Positions 30,001-38,028 of a stretch of 64,000 nt of DNA are shown here, piece after piece. This stretch comes from an uncultured Acidobacteriota bacterium (GTDB taxonomy: Bacteria; Acidobacteriota; Vicinamibacteria; Vicinamibacterales; UBA2999): contig CAWIWS010000020.1 of NCBI GenBank assembly GCA_963839865.1, positions 569,814 to 633,813 of the forward strand. The letters are read 5' to 3'. The notes under the pieces were generated by a model. That model had not been told where the DNA came from. It worked only from the letters and a program-made list of their open reading frames with translations, and searched no databases. Position 1 is the stretch's first letter, and each line of letters opens with the position of its first letter. A program made the translations under genes and the position numbers.

Positions 30001-30733
30001 GGTCCAGCGCCGGCGCGTCGAGCGTGCGTGTCACGCGGCCCTTGACGGTCACGTCGACTTCGGCGGCCTTCAGCCGGAACCCGTCGAACGTCACGCCGGA
30101 TCCGTCGAAGGCGAGCTGGGTCTCCGTCGGCGCCAGCGTCAGCGTCCGGTCCTGCACGCGGAGCGCGGTGTTCCCGCGGATCGCGAAGAGGCCGCCCGCG
30201 CCCGGCGCCCGGTTGGCGAGATCCGCATCGATGTCCGGGACCCGGAGGTCGAAATCGCGCAGCACGTCGGTATAGCGGATCTGGAACGCGTGCAGGCCGA
30301 GGCCGCGGACGTCGAGACGCCGCGGCGTCGCCGGCGCCGGCCCGCCGTCGGACGGCGGCAAATTGGTGACGTCGTGCGCGTCGCGGCGAATGTCGACCAC
30401 ACCGCCGTCGATGTCGAGCCGATCGATGGAGAAGTGGCCGCGATAGGCGGCCCACGGCAGTCGGACCTCGATGCGCCGGGCGACGAGGAACGGCGCGTCC
30501 TCGTGGCCCACGGCGGCGAGGCGCACCTCGGTGACGACGACCCGGCGCGTGAGCGCGTTGTAGTCCAGCGCGCCCGCCTGGAGGGTCAGGTCATAACGGG
30601 TCAGGAAGCCGGTGGCCCAGGCGAGGACGCGTGCACGGGTCCAGGGCGTATGGACGGCCAGCAGGGCCACGGTGGCCAGCGCGACCGCTCCACCGGCCGC
30701 CAAGGCCACGCCCCTTCTCCACCGCGTCGCCAT
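24071..30733 (-). CDS. TamB-like (AsmA/DUF490) protein fused in one ORF to a POTRA + Omp85/BamA-TamA-type beta-barrel
   Basis: Uninterrupted 2220-aa ORF. N-terminal signal-anchor ALAAGGAVALATVALLAV, then a long repetitive beta-rich region. DUF490-like end ...TVIVSYFPWPNLELRGLSRDNATLGLGIRHQVTFGGG at about 26335. POTRA-like repeats follow directly (VVAVTFVD..., REIRFLGNTAVSSDRL, ISEVRFSGV). Omp85 barrel ends ...RFRAGGATTVRGYGEGGLGP...ARWYVGIGHIF. Confidence 0.75.
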   Translation of the reverse strand: MATRWRRGVALAAGGAVALATVALLAVHTPWTRARVLAWATGFLTRYDLTLQAGALDYNALTRRVVVTEVRLAAVGHEDAPFLVARRIEVRLPWAAYRGHFSIDRLDIDGGVVDIRRDAHDVTNLPPSDGGPAPATPRRLDVRGLGLHAFQIRYTDVLRDFDLRVPDIDADLANRAPGAGGLFAIRGNTALRVQDRTLTLAPTETQLAFDGSGVTFDGFRLKAAEVDVTVKGRVTRTLDAPALDLAFDGTTDVASAAAWVPPPVAVAGSVRIAGAITGPADEPTIDFTTSGDDLSVGLERGLRIAGPIRVTLDAVTSGGVTLTPATGGTLVASFTVPFGDAPSQARAEWHGVDARAALRLGEVAPQPLGSRLEGSLTFEASAPRRLQVANRATPSAGKGLVAVSGTLDGRLVGDRWTLDHAHHMDGLNVDGRVEGEIESGVGSPSTKLRASRESGAGGSTLAGNAHAQVLDVATAAASLSTFGITIPAIVRELHGAVDVPIVLSGSFADPRYQARLATEAVEVPSLGAVRGGANVEGSVRDVTVSSIDLARGTARVTGDVTANITKETLTGALQVNAPDASALEAALPDAWRLSGPIRATATLGGTFDAFFLDGTVEGQSLTFADQSVDSLVATGRVTAEAVDITSIDLREGAGAITGRLRYDWDAGSYTASLKGQGLTWTGSLLKEGDTHAVLQAQFDGAGTIDRPAGAGRIEFAVSGGTAGALVGSGDVTVDLLGDHARFMARAPSLGALVTGTVQTAAPYQYRATGAFNRVTLEPLAAMVDALEGGVLGAVSLSATASGALEGNTNPTVYANLQEIDVTVGGVPLALTAPAHLSLVDKRLTLDEVNMRVGAGRLSASGEWTDRLDGELKGTFDGALQELVRMGRAFGLPVTADATGAVSVVFRSNGQRAGTSATLAVRDATVGPTAESPVLRNLSLEATLDGDTLTMPRISGTVATAGILGDFSASGRARVPTFELKAVDGSLDLETASFTFSGLPVEQARPSRIELATGHVTLADMTWTVAGNPLNLSGTLDLSSERESPIEMSVTGLVDLRVLSAFAPTVGFDGTADLDARVTGTFEAPSLQGRITLADAELAISDPRMVLTELAGPIMLEGRTIRLGAITGLANGGKVAIGGSVEIDGRELSGGAIFINAEGVALEFPRGLRSEIDGLVTFVPDPKSPTVTGDIRVQRSAYTDTISLAALARRTAAPSVPVVAQPYLDRIRLNLGVTTTEDIVVDNNYGRFEAGANLRVVGTVAAPGMTGRVTMREAGSVYLAGRTFRLTRGDVSFTNLRRIEPEFNIAADARVGTDTVTMTLTGTLDHPSIDLTSEDGSKTSGELAAEIVGGGAGAGSALTLLSADVLGLTGRAIGLDALRVERGDYVDTDFREDPLLVANEADPATRLTIAKRVSSQVEVTLSQNLRESGKSTVIVSYFPWPNLELRGLSRDNATLGLGIRHQVTFGGGGQTPGSVRAARPTVVAVTFVDATPAVEADARKHIKLGPGDPLEFLDLQRDIDAVRDALHAQGRFEARVRVRRIEGEGGRGITLEYRVDPGPVTTLVVRGADLPASELKALQAAWTRTVFDPFLIDEVTTRVRRYLVTSGSIANIVVGTMERPSADAKRLRIDVTPGAPVTAREIRFLGNTAVSSDRLKAEVTGAGLDLEAWIDPSAVATAIQSLYRDAGYLKAAVTAGPLDIEDTTGVLPVRIVEGPQARISEVRFSGVAETRLAAARGAAMILPPSPFVSSAVSDARQRIADRYRLDGFNAAEVDAETAVGDGDAVVVTFAVVEGPQQVLQAVTTAGADHTNPNVVAEALRFSVGKPVNLDDWSVARKRLYDTNVFRRVDIDAQPVGDVVDGVQPVRAAVTVQEYPEWTLRYGFQLEGERTPSIEEFASKENFGVVAEVKNQNLFGRALTVGGFAQYQYDTQDANIFFGTSRLFGWRARSLLYSFVERQRLRDDADEISALADRIGASVEQRWRRNGVQVVYGYRYERNHTYDPDPSPIDPLPLDFTANLGRITAAVLWDRRDDPLNSRRGTFSSASWEQAADWLAADVTNRKLLLQQFYFAPMGRRLVLASRAQLGLVFGPDELLPSDRFRAGGATTVRGYGEGGLGPTDFFGLPEGGQSMVVLNEEARFTLSKWVGGVAFIDAGTITHQDESLSLGSLKVGYGGGLRLNTPVGLLRADVGIPADLVTPTSTRAANSLKSARWYVGIGHIF
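29358..29417. repeat. GGGAGTC-family element (copy 2), inserted in frame inside the TamB-like region
   Basis: The reverse complement reads GGGAGTCGGGAGCC CTTCGACCAAGCTCAGGGCAAG CCGGGAGTCGGGAGCC. It encodes ...ESGVGSPSTKLRASRESGAGG.... Confidence 0.6.
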
Positions 30734-30765
30734 CCCTTCGATTCTAGTCTCCTAATCGGCTACCA

Positions 30766-31332
30766 TTGGCGGTGGAGGATCAGCTTATGCAGTTGACAGC
30801 ATGGCTCAAGGTCGGCCTGACGGCGGCCATGAGCCTGGCATCGAGCGGCCTGGGCCTGGCTCAGGCGCCCGTGGCCTTGAAGGTGGGCGACATGGCGCCC
30901 GCGTTCAGCGCGCCCGGATCGGACGGCAAGACCCACGCGCTGGCGGATTCCAAGGGCAAGCAGTACGTCGTGCTTGCGTGGTTTCCAAAAGCGTTCACCG
31001 GTGGTTGAACGGCCGAGTGCAAGTCGCTCCGTGAGAGCGGCGATCTCATTCGGAAGTACAACGTCGCGTACTACATGATCAGCGTCGACACGCTCGAGGA
31101 CAACACGCGGTTCGCCAAGGAGCACGAGGCGGACTATCCGATCCTCAGCGACGTCTCGAAGGAAATCGCCAACAAGTATGGCGTGCTGGGGAAGAGCGGC
31201 TTCGCAAACCGCTGGACCTTCTACATCGGACCGGACGGCAAGATCCTCCACATCGACAACGCGGTGAAGCCCGCGTCGTCCGGGCCAGACATGGTCGCCC
31301 AGCTCGCGACGCTGAACGTACCCAAGCGGTAG
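30766..31332 (+). CDS. BCP-type peroxiredoxin (AhpC/TSA family) with in-frame TGA at the peroxidatic Cys position (candidate selenocysteine, or nonsense/error)
   Basis: ORFs 30766-31008 and 31075-31332 are in the same frame. Read-through gives [14 protein letters not shown][TGA][27 protein letters not shown]..., matching the BCP motif PKAxTxGCTxxxC. Confidence 0.7.
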
Positions 31333-31354
31333 CCGTTCGCGATCGAGAATGCAG

Positions 31355-31386
31355 AAGGCCGGGCCCTCGGGCCCGGCCTTTTTTTT
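31355..31386 (+). terminator. rho-independent terminator after the peroxiredoxin gene
   Basis: GGCCGGGCCC TCG GGGCCCGGCC followed by a run of 8 T. Confidence 0.85.
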
Positions 31387-31665
31387 CCCGACGTTCCCGC
31401 CGCGGACACGCCTCTGGGCGCGCGACGAGATGTGTCTCCCGACACGAGCTATCCCCGCCCGAATTCTGAGCGGGGGTCTCGCTCGGCGGTCAAATGCCCC
31501 TGCGGCGGAACAAGCACTCCGCGAACTCGCTTCGCTCAAACAACGCCTGTCCCTGCCTTCGGGTCATTTGTCCGGCGCAGGCGCGGTTCTCCGAGGGGCC
31601 GAACCCGGATCGCGTGGGACGAGAGGCCGCACGCGGTTCAGCGGGCCGAGCCTGAAGGCTCGGCC

Positions 31666-32490
31666 CTACTTGTTGCCGATCGCCTTCTTGATCGCCTCAA
31701 CGGCGATGTTCGCGCGGATCTCCACCAGCTTCTTCCCGTTGGCCACGGTCGTCTCGAGCGGAAGCAGCGTCTGGCCGTTGATCGACGCCTTGCCCGTGTC
31801 CTGGCGCTGCTTGAATCGGATCTTCTCGGGGTCGAGCACCGCGATGATCGAGTTCACGCTGTAGTCGTCGTGAATCCCCTCGTCCTTCGTCTTGGGGACG
31901 CCCAGCGAGTCCCACGCGCCGTCGGCCGCGTTCCAGCTGTCGTAGTACTCCTTCACGTAGTGGACGCCAGGGCCGGCGTCCCCCCACGCGGCGGTGAGCC
32001 TCTTCGCCACGTTGTCGAGTCCGCGCTGGTCGCCGCCGCTGTCGCCGATGAGGATGATGTGCTTGAAGCCGTTGGCCTTGAGGCTCTGCGCCTCGTCTTC
32101 GACGAAAGCCTCGAAGGTCTCCGGCCGCACCTGGATCGTGCCGGGCGTGGCCGAAAAATTGCCAGGCTCGAACGGCACGAGCGGCGCGATGAGCGCGTTC
32201 CCGAGCTTGCGCGCGATCGCCTCCGCGGTGACGCGCAGCACGAACACGTGCTTGCCCGTGGGCACGTAGGGCCCGTTCTGCTCGGTGCTCCCCGCCGCGA
32301 TGATCGCGGTGGTCTTGCCGGCCTGCATGGCGTCGCGCACCTCCATCCACGTCAGCTCCTCGATCCACACCTTGTCGGCGGCGGGTATCGGGCGCGGCGT
32401 CGTGAGGTCGAACTGGCGGCGCTGGGCCGCGGCGCTGGAGGCGATGGTGAGCGCAAGGCATGCGCAGACGAACGTTGGGCGGAGAATCAT
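31666..32490 (-). CDS. creatininase-family amidohydrolase, secreted
   Basis: Signal peptide FVCACLALTIASSAAAQ. Blocks GSTEQNGPYVPTGKHVFV and FKHIILIGDSGGDQRGL are typical of the creatininase fold. Intact. Confidence 0.65.
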   Translation of the reverse strand: MILRPTFVCACLALTIASSAAAQRRQFDLTTPRPIPAADKVWIEELTWMEVRDAMQAGKTTAIIAAGSTEQNGPYVPTGKHVFVLRVTAEAIARKLGNALIAPLVPFEPGNFSATPGTIQVRPETFEAFVEDEAQSLKANGFKHIILIGDSGGDQRGLDNVAKRLTAAWGDAGPGVHYVKEYYDSWNAADGAWDSLGVPKTKDEGIHDDYSVNSIIAVLDPEKIRFKQRQDTGKASINGQTLLPLETTVANGKKLVEIRANIAVEAIKKAIGNK

Positions 32491-32515
32491 GGCGGCAATT
32501 ATCGCCTATCCTTGA

Positions 32516-33529
32516 ATGCGCATGAACTTCCGGTCCGACAACATCCTGGGCTGCCCTCCAGCAATCCTAGAGGCCATCGCCCGCGTCAACGACACGCCGA
32601 CACACCCCTACGGCAACGACCCCATCACCGCGCGGCTCGGGCCGCTCGTGTCGGAAGTCTTCGAGCACGAGGCGTTCGTGTTTCCCGTGTCGTCGGGGAC
32701 GGCGGCCAACGGCCTCTCGCTCGCCACGGTGACGCCGCCATGGGGCGCGCTTTTCTGCCACTCGCTCGCGCACATCTACCGCGACGAGTGGTGCGCGCCG
32801 GAGTTCTTCACCGGCGGGGCCCGGTTGACCACCGTCGAGGGCGATGGCGCGAAAATGTCGCCGGCGTCGCTGGCCGCGCGTATCGCCTCCACCACGCACG
32901 CGGGCAAGCCGGCGACGGTGTCGGTCACGCAGGCCACCGAAGCCGGCACGGTGTATCGACTTGACGAGCTCCGCGCCCTGGCCGACGTCAGTCGCCACGC
33001 GAAGCTGGCACTCCACATGGACGGCGCCCGCTTCGCCAACGCGGTCGCGTCGCTCGGATGCTCGCCCGCGGACCTGTCCTGGCGCCTCGGCGTGGACGCG
33101 CTCGCCTTCGGCGCCACCAAGAACGGCACGCTCACCGCGGAAGCCGTCATCGTCTTTCGGGCGGATCTCGCGGACGAAGTGGCGAACCGGCGCAAGCGCG
33201 CAGGACAGGTGTCGTCGAAGATGCGGTTCCTCTCCGCGCAGCTCGAGGCCTACTTCGCAGACGACCTGTGGCTGAAGAACGCGCGCGCGGCCAATCGCAG
33301 CGCGCGGCGGCTGGCGGACGGGTTGACGGCACGCGGCGTGGCCCTGGCGGCGCCGGTCGAGGCCAACCTGGTGTTTCCGCGATTCAACGAAGCGACGCGA
33401 GCGGGGCTTCGGGCGAAGGGCTTCGAGTTCCTTGACTGGTTCTCGCTCGGCGCGGACACGGTGCGGCTCGTGTGCGGGTTCTCGACGCCCGACGCGCAGG
33501 TGGACGCGCTGCTGTCGGCGATCGGCTAG
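32516..33529 (+). CDS. ltaE: low-specificity L-threonine aldolase / beta-eliminating lyase family (PLP)
   Basis: FRSDNILGCPPAILEAIARVN...YGNDPITARL...SSGTAANGLSLA...DGARFANAV...FGATKNG (PLP lysine motif). Intact. Confidence 0.75.
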   Translation: MRMNFRSDNILGCPPAILEAIARVNDTPTHPYGNDPITARLGPLVSEVFEHEAFVFPVSSGTAANGLSLATVTPPWGALFCHSLAHIYRDEWCAPEFFTGGARLTTVEGDGAKMSPASLAARIASTTHAGKPATVSVTQATEAGTVYRLDELRALADVSRHAKLALHMDGARFANAVASLGCSPADLSWRLGVDALAFGATKNGTLTAEAVIVFRADLADEVANRRKRAGQVSSKMRFLSAQLEAYFADDLWLKNARAANRSARRLADGLTARGVALAAPVEANLVFPRFNEATRAGLRAKGFEFLDWFSLGADTVRLVCGFSTPDAQVDALLSAIG

Positions 33530-33560
33530 CGCCGCGGCGCCGGGCTGGCGCAGATCAGGA

Positions 33561-34019
33561 TCACGCGATACGGGTCTGCCGGCGGGATCTCCGGCTCGCC
33601 GTCCGCGCCGCCGTCCCATGTGCCTCGCCCCAGGCACCCACGTTGCCTTTTTGGTACGCGAACGATGTGCCGTCCTTGCCGTCTGCGCTGAACTCCGGCA
33701 TCTCCGTCCAGCCGCGGGCCTCGAAGCCCTCGCGCAGGCGGCTGGCGGGTTCAGCCGTGTCCTTCAGTTTCTTGAAGCTTCCGTCGATGACGAGCCGGCA
33801 TCCGCGGACGGGCGCGCTGAGGGTCTCGTCGGTAAACATGCCGGTGCCGCGCCTGATGCGGGCACCGCGCGCCTTGTTCACCATCTGGTAGGCCGCGTCG
33901 CAGGCGGCGCGGACCTCGCCCGGGATCGGGTCGGTGGCTCGCGGCGCGCCTTGTGCCTGCGCGGAGACGGCCACGGTGAGGAGCGCCGCCGACACGACGA
34001 CGCTGCCCGTCATGCGCAT
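33561..34019 (-). CDS. small secreted hypothetical protein, translationally coupled to the acylase gene (TAATG overlap)
   Basis: Met at 34019 with signal peptide MRMTGSVVVSAALLTVAVSAQAQG. The acylase stop TAA (34019-34021) overlaps this ATG. The extreme C-terminus may be frameshifted. Confidence 0.5.
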   Translation of the reverse strand: MRMTGSVVVSAALLTVAVSAQAQGAPRATDPIPGEVRAACDAAYQMVNKARGARIRRGTGMFTDETLSAPVRGCRLVIDGSFKKLKDTAEPASRLREGFEARGWTEMPEFSADGKDGTSFAYQKGNVGAWGEAHGTAARTASRRSRRQTRIA

Positions 34020-36221
34020 TACTTGCCCGGGTGGTACTCGCGCTCGATGTGGCCCTGCAGCTGCGCCTTGTAGAAGTAGACGTCGCGCAGCTCGCCCTTC
34101 GTGTAGCGCTCGGCCTGGTCGTTGAAGTGCGGCGACTTCGGATCGCCGCTCTCGCCGCCGGCCGAGACGGCCTTGGCCTTCACCTGGTCGCCGAACTCCA
34201 CCACCGCCACGAAGCTGTTGCCGTTGGTGCCGTACATCTTCTTCGTCGTCGGATACGACCGCGCGCCGAACGACGCGAGCGAGCCCCAGCGCGAGGACGT
34301 GAAGCCGACGGGAATGCTCGGGCCCGCATCGTTGAACGGATGGACGATGTCGCCGGTGAGGCGCTGGAAGCGGTTGACGTCGCCCCAGGGCGTGTCCCAC
34401 TTGCCGAAATCGGCCGCGAGCTTGTCGGACGCCGCCGCGAGGGACTCGAGTTGCTGCTGCGCCGAGGCCTTCGTCTCCATGAAGTCGTAGATCGACACGC
34501 CGGCCTTGCTGCGCGTCGGGCCCGACGCGCGCCCAGAGGTCCTCGCCCCAGTAGACGGCCAGCGCCGTCGGCACGGACGTGACCGACCAGCGGTAGTCCC
34601 ATCCGCGCAGCGCCTTGATCTGATCGGCCAGCTTCGCCTTGAGCGGGTTCGACGCGGCCGTCGCGTCATAGGCCTTGAGCAGCCGCGGCACGAGGATGTC
34701 GAACTCGGTGAGGTAGCTGTCGAAGGCGGCCGCGATCAGCGAGTCGGGCGTGAAGTCCTTCTTCTTGTCGAGCACGCGAATCGCGTGGATGCCGCGCGGG
34801 TTCTCCGTGCCGCTCTCGACGTAGGCCGGGTAGTCCTTCTTCTTCGGGCTGTTGGCGCCGGCCACCGAGTAGGGCCAGTTGTTGGTGTTCTGGATCCACC
34901 CGTTCGGCGGGTTCATCACGTTGGGCGCCTCGTCCACGGAGTGGATGCCCTGCCATTCGGTGGCGGGGTTGCTGCCGTCCACGGGCTTGGTCCAGTCGAA
35001 CTTCGGATCGCGCTTCGGGATGAAGTTGGCGTGGAAGTAGGCGATGGTCCCATCGGCGTCGGCGAACACCGTGTTGTTCGACGAGTTCGTATGCAGCTCC
35101 ATCGTCTGCTTGAAGTCCTTGTAGCCCTTGGCCTTCGTGCGGCTGTAGGACTGCTCGAGCGCCTTGAGCGGCTCCTGCATCAGGCGGACGCTCACCCACT
35201 TGCCGTCGGCCTCGCGCACGACCGGACCGTGGTGCGTGCGGTAAATCGTGAAGTCCTTCTTCGCCATCCCGGTGGCGGTCTTGTAGGGCACCGAGATCAC
35301 GCTCGTCGTCATCTTCCGCTCTTCGGTGCCGTACTTGTAGTAGAAGCCGTCGTCTTTCTTGATGACGGTCTCGAGGTACTCGTCGATGTTGTCCACGCCG
35401 CTCGACGTGTGCATCCAGCCGGCGCGCTCGTTGAAGCCCTGGTAGATGAAGAACTGGCCCCACGTGGAGGCGCCATAGGCATTGAGGCCTTCTTCGCTCG
35501 TCACCTGCGCTTCGGAGCGGAAGAAGAAGGACGTGTGCGGGTTGATCCAGAGGAGCGCCTTGCCGGACGCGCTGTTGGAGGGCGCGATGGCGAAGCCGTT
35601 GGAGCCGGTCGGCTCGGCGGGATAGATGAACTCGTCGACCGACGCCATCTGCTTGGGACCCTTGCCGTAGAAGTTCTCCAGCTGCGTGAGGTTCACGCGC
35701 TCGATGTCGCCGCCGATGCTGCCCTCGCTGAAGGTGAGCGCCATCCAGGGCTCGAACTTCGTGATGACGCGCGGCTTCACGTTCGGGTGCGTGGCCAGGT
35801 AGAAGTTCAGGCCGTCGGCCCACGCCGTCATCAGCTTCTGCAGCCACTCCGGCGCCTTCGCGTACTGCGCCTTCATGTCGGCGGGGTCGATGAACAGCTT
35901 CATGCGGAGGTCACGGTAGACCTCGCCTTCGCCTTCCGCCTCGGCGAGCCGCCCCTGCGAGTTGATGAAGTTGGTCTCCACGCGGTTGAAGTCGTCTTCG
36001 GCCTGCGCGTACATCATGCCGAACACCGCGTCCGCGTCCGTCTTGCCCGTGATGTGGGCGATGCCCCAGTTGTCCCGGACGATGGTGATGCCCTGGGCGC
36101 GTTGTTCCCAGGCGGCCTGCTCGGGGCTGACCTGCTTGGTTGGGGCCTGGGGTGCGGCGCACGAGATGGACGCCGCAAGGAGAAGGAGGACGAGGTTCTT
36201 CATGGGGGCGAATTGTGACAC
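34019..36221 (-). CDS. penicillin acylase family protein (Ntn hydrolase, S45; possibly acyl-homoserine-lactone/beta-lactam acylase), one apparent frameshift near 34520
   Basis: Signal peptide. ITIVRDNWGIAHITGKTDADAVFGMMYAQAEDDF. Nucleophile context EPTGSNGFAIAPSNSASGKALLWINPH. C-terminal part in ORF 34019-34669 (GDPKSPHFNDQAERYTKGELRDVYF). Confidence 0.75.
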
Positions 36222-36242
36222 AAACCGGGAGTCGGGAGTCGG

Positions 36243-36890
36243 CTAGGCCTCCAGCGCGTTCAGGCGGTCGCGGAAATGGTCCGTCCACATCGCGGGCAAT
36301 TCCGGCGCAGCCAGGGCTCGACGGTAGAGGTCCACATCTTCGAGATCCTCGACGTAGAGATTCACGACGTCGGTGACGCTGACGCCGTCCGTCGCGCGGC
36401 TCGTCACCGTGATGGCGTCGCCGGCGCCGATCTCGCCTTCGCGCAGCACGCCCAGGTAGAAGCCGCTTCGGCGGCTGGCGAGGAAGCGCTTGACCATGTC
36501 GTCCCTGCCGAAGCGCACGCCAAGCTTGTGGCACGGCATCCGCGGCTGAATCACGACGAAATCGGCGGAGCCGATGCGGAGGCGGTCGCCGATGCGAACC
36601 TCCGTCTCGATGAGGCCCTCGGTGGTGAGGTTTTCGCCGAACGACCCCCACGGCAGGTCCATGCCCGGCAGCTCGCGCGTCCAGAACGCGTAGTGCTCCG
36701 ACGGGTAGACGTACACGGCCTTGTTGGGCCCGCCATGCACGGTAAGGTCGGCCTGCTGGTTGCCGTCGATGCCGGCGGCGCCGACGTGGACACGCCCTTC
36801 GACTGGGCTCTTCCAGATCGACGTGTTGACGATGCGGCCGCGCGACTCGACGTCACGCGGCCGCCCGACTTGCAGCGAGAGGATCCTCAC
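36243..36890 (-). CDS. MOSC domain protein
   Basis: GTG start at 36890. IDGNQQADLTVHGGPNKAVYVYPSEHYAFW...GENLTTEGL...IGSADFVVIQPRMPCHKLG is typical of MOSC. Confidence 0.7.
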   Translation of the reverse strand: MRILSLQVGRPRDVESRGRIVNTSIWKSPVEGRVHVGAAGIDGNQQADLTVHGGPNKAVYVYPSEHYAFWTRELPGMDLPWGSFGENLTTEGLIETEVRIGDRLRIGSADFVVIQPRMPCHKLGVRFGRDDMVKRFLASRRSGFYLGVLREGEIGAGDAITVTSRATDGVSVTDVVNLYVEDLEDVDLYRRALAAPELPAMWTDHFRDRLNALEA

Positions 36891-37183
36891 GGGCTCGACA
36901 ACAAACGGCCTATTCGGCCGTCGTGGGATCGATCGATCGTCTTGATCTCGGAGATCTTGTCCGCGGGGAACCCGCCCTGGCGCGCGTGCTCCAGCAGCAT
37001 CTCGGGATTGGGCGCGCGGTACATGCACATGACCTGGTCGTCGGTCACGTAGCTGTGGACCCACTGGATCTGCGGGCCCATCTTGTTGAGCACGCTGCAC
37101 GACTTCTGCGAGATGCCCTTCAACTGTTCCGCGGTGAGCTTGCCTGCGCCGGGGATGTTGCGCTCAATCAGGTACTGCGGCAT
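36887..37183 (-). CDS. DUF4242-like small protein (3' end altered by a GATC tetranucleotide expansion)
   Basis: MPQYLIERNIPGAGKLTAEQLKGISQKSCSVLNKMGPQIQWVHSYVTDDQVMCMYRAPN. Removing one GATC from GATCGATCGATC (36927-36938) gives ...KTIDPTTAE with stop at 36910-36912. Confidence 0.55.
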   Translation of the reverse strand: MPQYLIERNIPGAGKLTAEQLKGISQKSCSVLNKMGPQIQWVHSYVTDDQVMCMYRAPNPEMLLEHARQGGFPADKISEIKTIDRSHDGRIGRLLSSP

Positions 37184-37225
37184 GAACCGGTCTCCTCGTG
37201 ATGGTGAGTTGATGGTGATTGATGG

Positions 37226-38006
37226 CTACTTCGGCTTCCTGTCCGCAAGGAACCACTCGAAGCCCTCGCGCACGACCGGGGCCGGCGCGCCGTGGCCGCC
37301 ATCGTACTCGCGATAGGTCACGTCGTAGCCTTCGGACTTCAGCTGCGGCACGTACAGCCGCGCCGTGCGGTCGATGGGCATCTGGTGATCGTTCGATTCC
37401 GTGGGCGAGGAAGATCTTCGGCTGGCCCTGCTTCCGGAACGGCTGCATCAGGCCCGTCGAGAAGATCATCAGGTGGTTGAAGGTGTTGCCGTACGCCAGG
37501 CCCATCCCGAGCGCGTAGCCCGCGCCGTCGGATACGCCGCCGAGCGCGACGTGCGACCGATCGACGTCGAGGAGGTCGGTGACGTGCCGGTAAGCGGCGC
37601 CGAGGTAGCGGACGTCGACGTCGAAGCCGGGGATGTCGACGCCCCAGGTCATGCCGCGTGATTCGGGCCCGATGAGGATGACGCCGAATTCGTCGGCGAG
37701 CGGGAACAGCGAGCGCAGGCTCTGCCCCGATCCCGAGAAGCCGTGCAGCCACATGATGACGGGCATCGGCGTGCCGTCCTTGTAGCTCCTGGGCACGTAC
37801 AACGTGCCGTCGCGGTCGTCGTCCGAGAGGCCGAGGCGCGTCTCACCGTAGGGGATCGGATCCTGTGCGGCCGACGGAGCCGGCGTCTGCGCGTCAGCGC
37901 TCCGGGCGCCGTGCAGCAGGCCGAAGGGCGCCCGCGGCGCCGAGAGAGAGGAATGCCCGCCGATCCATAGGGGCGTCACGTTACTACGCACGGCCCGGGT
38001 CGGCAA
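37226..38006 (-). CDS. alpha/beta hydrolase (carboxylesterase / PHB-depolymerase-like esterase), one apparent frameshift; start uncertain
   Basis: PVIMWLHGFSGSGQS, the nucleophile-elbow context VALGGVSDGAGYALGMG, and the tail ...YDVTYREYDGGHGAPAPVVREGFEWFLADRKPK in another frame with stop at 37226-37228. Confidence 0.6.
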
Positions 38007-38028
38007 GAACGGGTTCCGCCGGGTGTAG

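Noticed and set aside
26156-30796. 1546-aa ORF on the + strand
   Set aside because: It is antisense to the TamB-Omp85 gene. It is extremely Arg/Gly/Ala/His-rich with no domain logic, a typical shadow ORF of a high-GC gene.
34506-36218. 570-aa ORF on the + strand (similar long antisense ORFs at 10471-11853, 43027-44328, 21034-22365 and 57975-59426)
   Set aside because: All of them are antisense to genes with clear family signatures and have GC-shadow composition.
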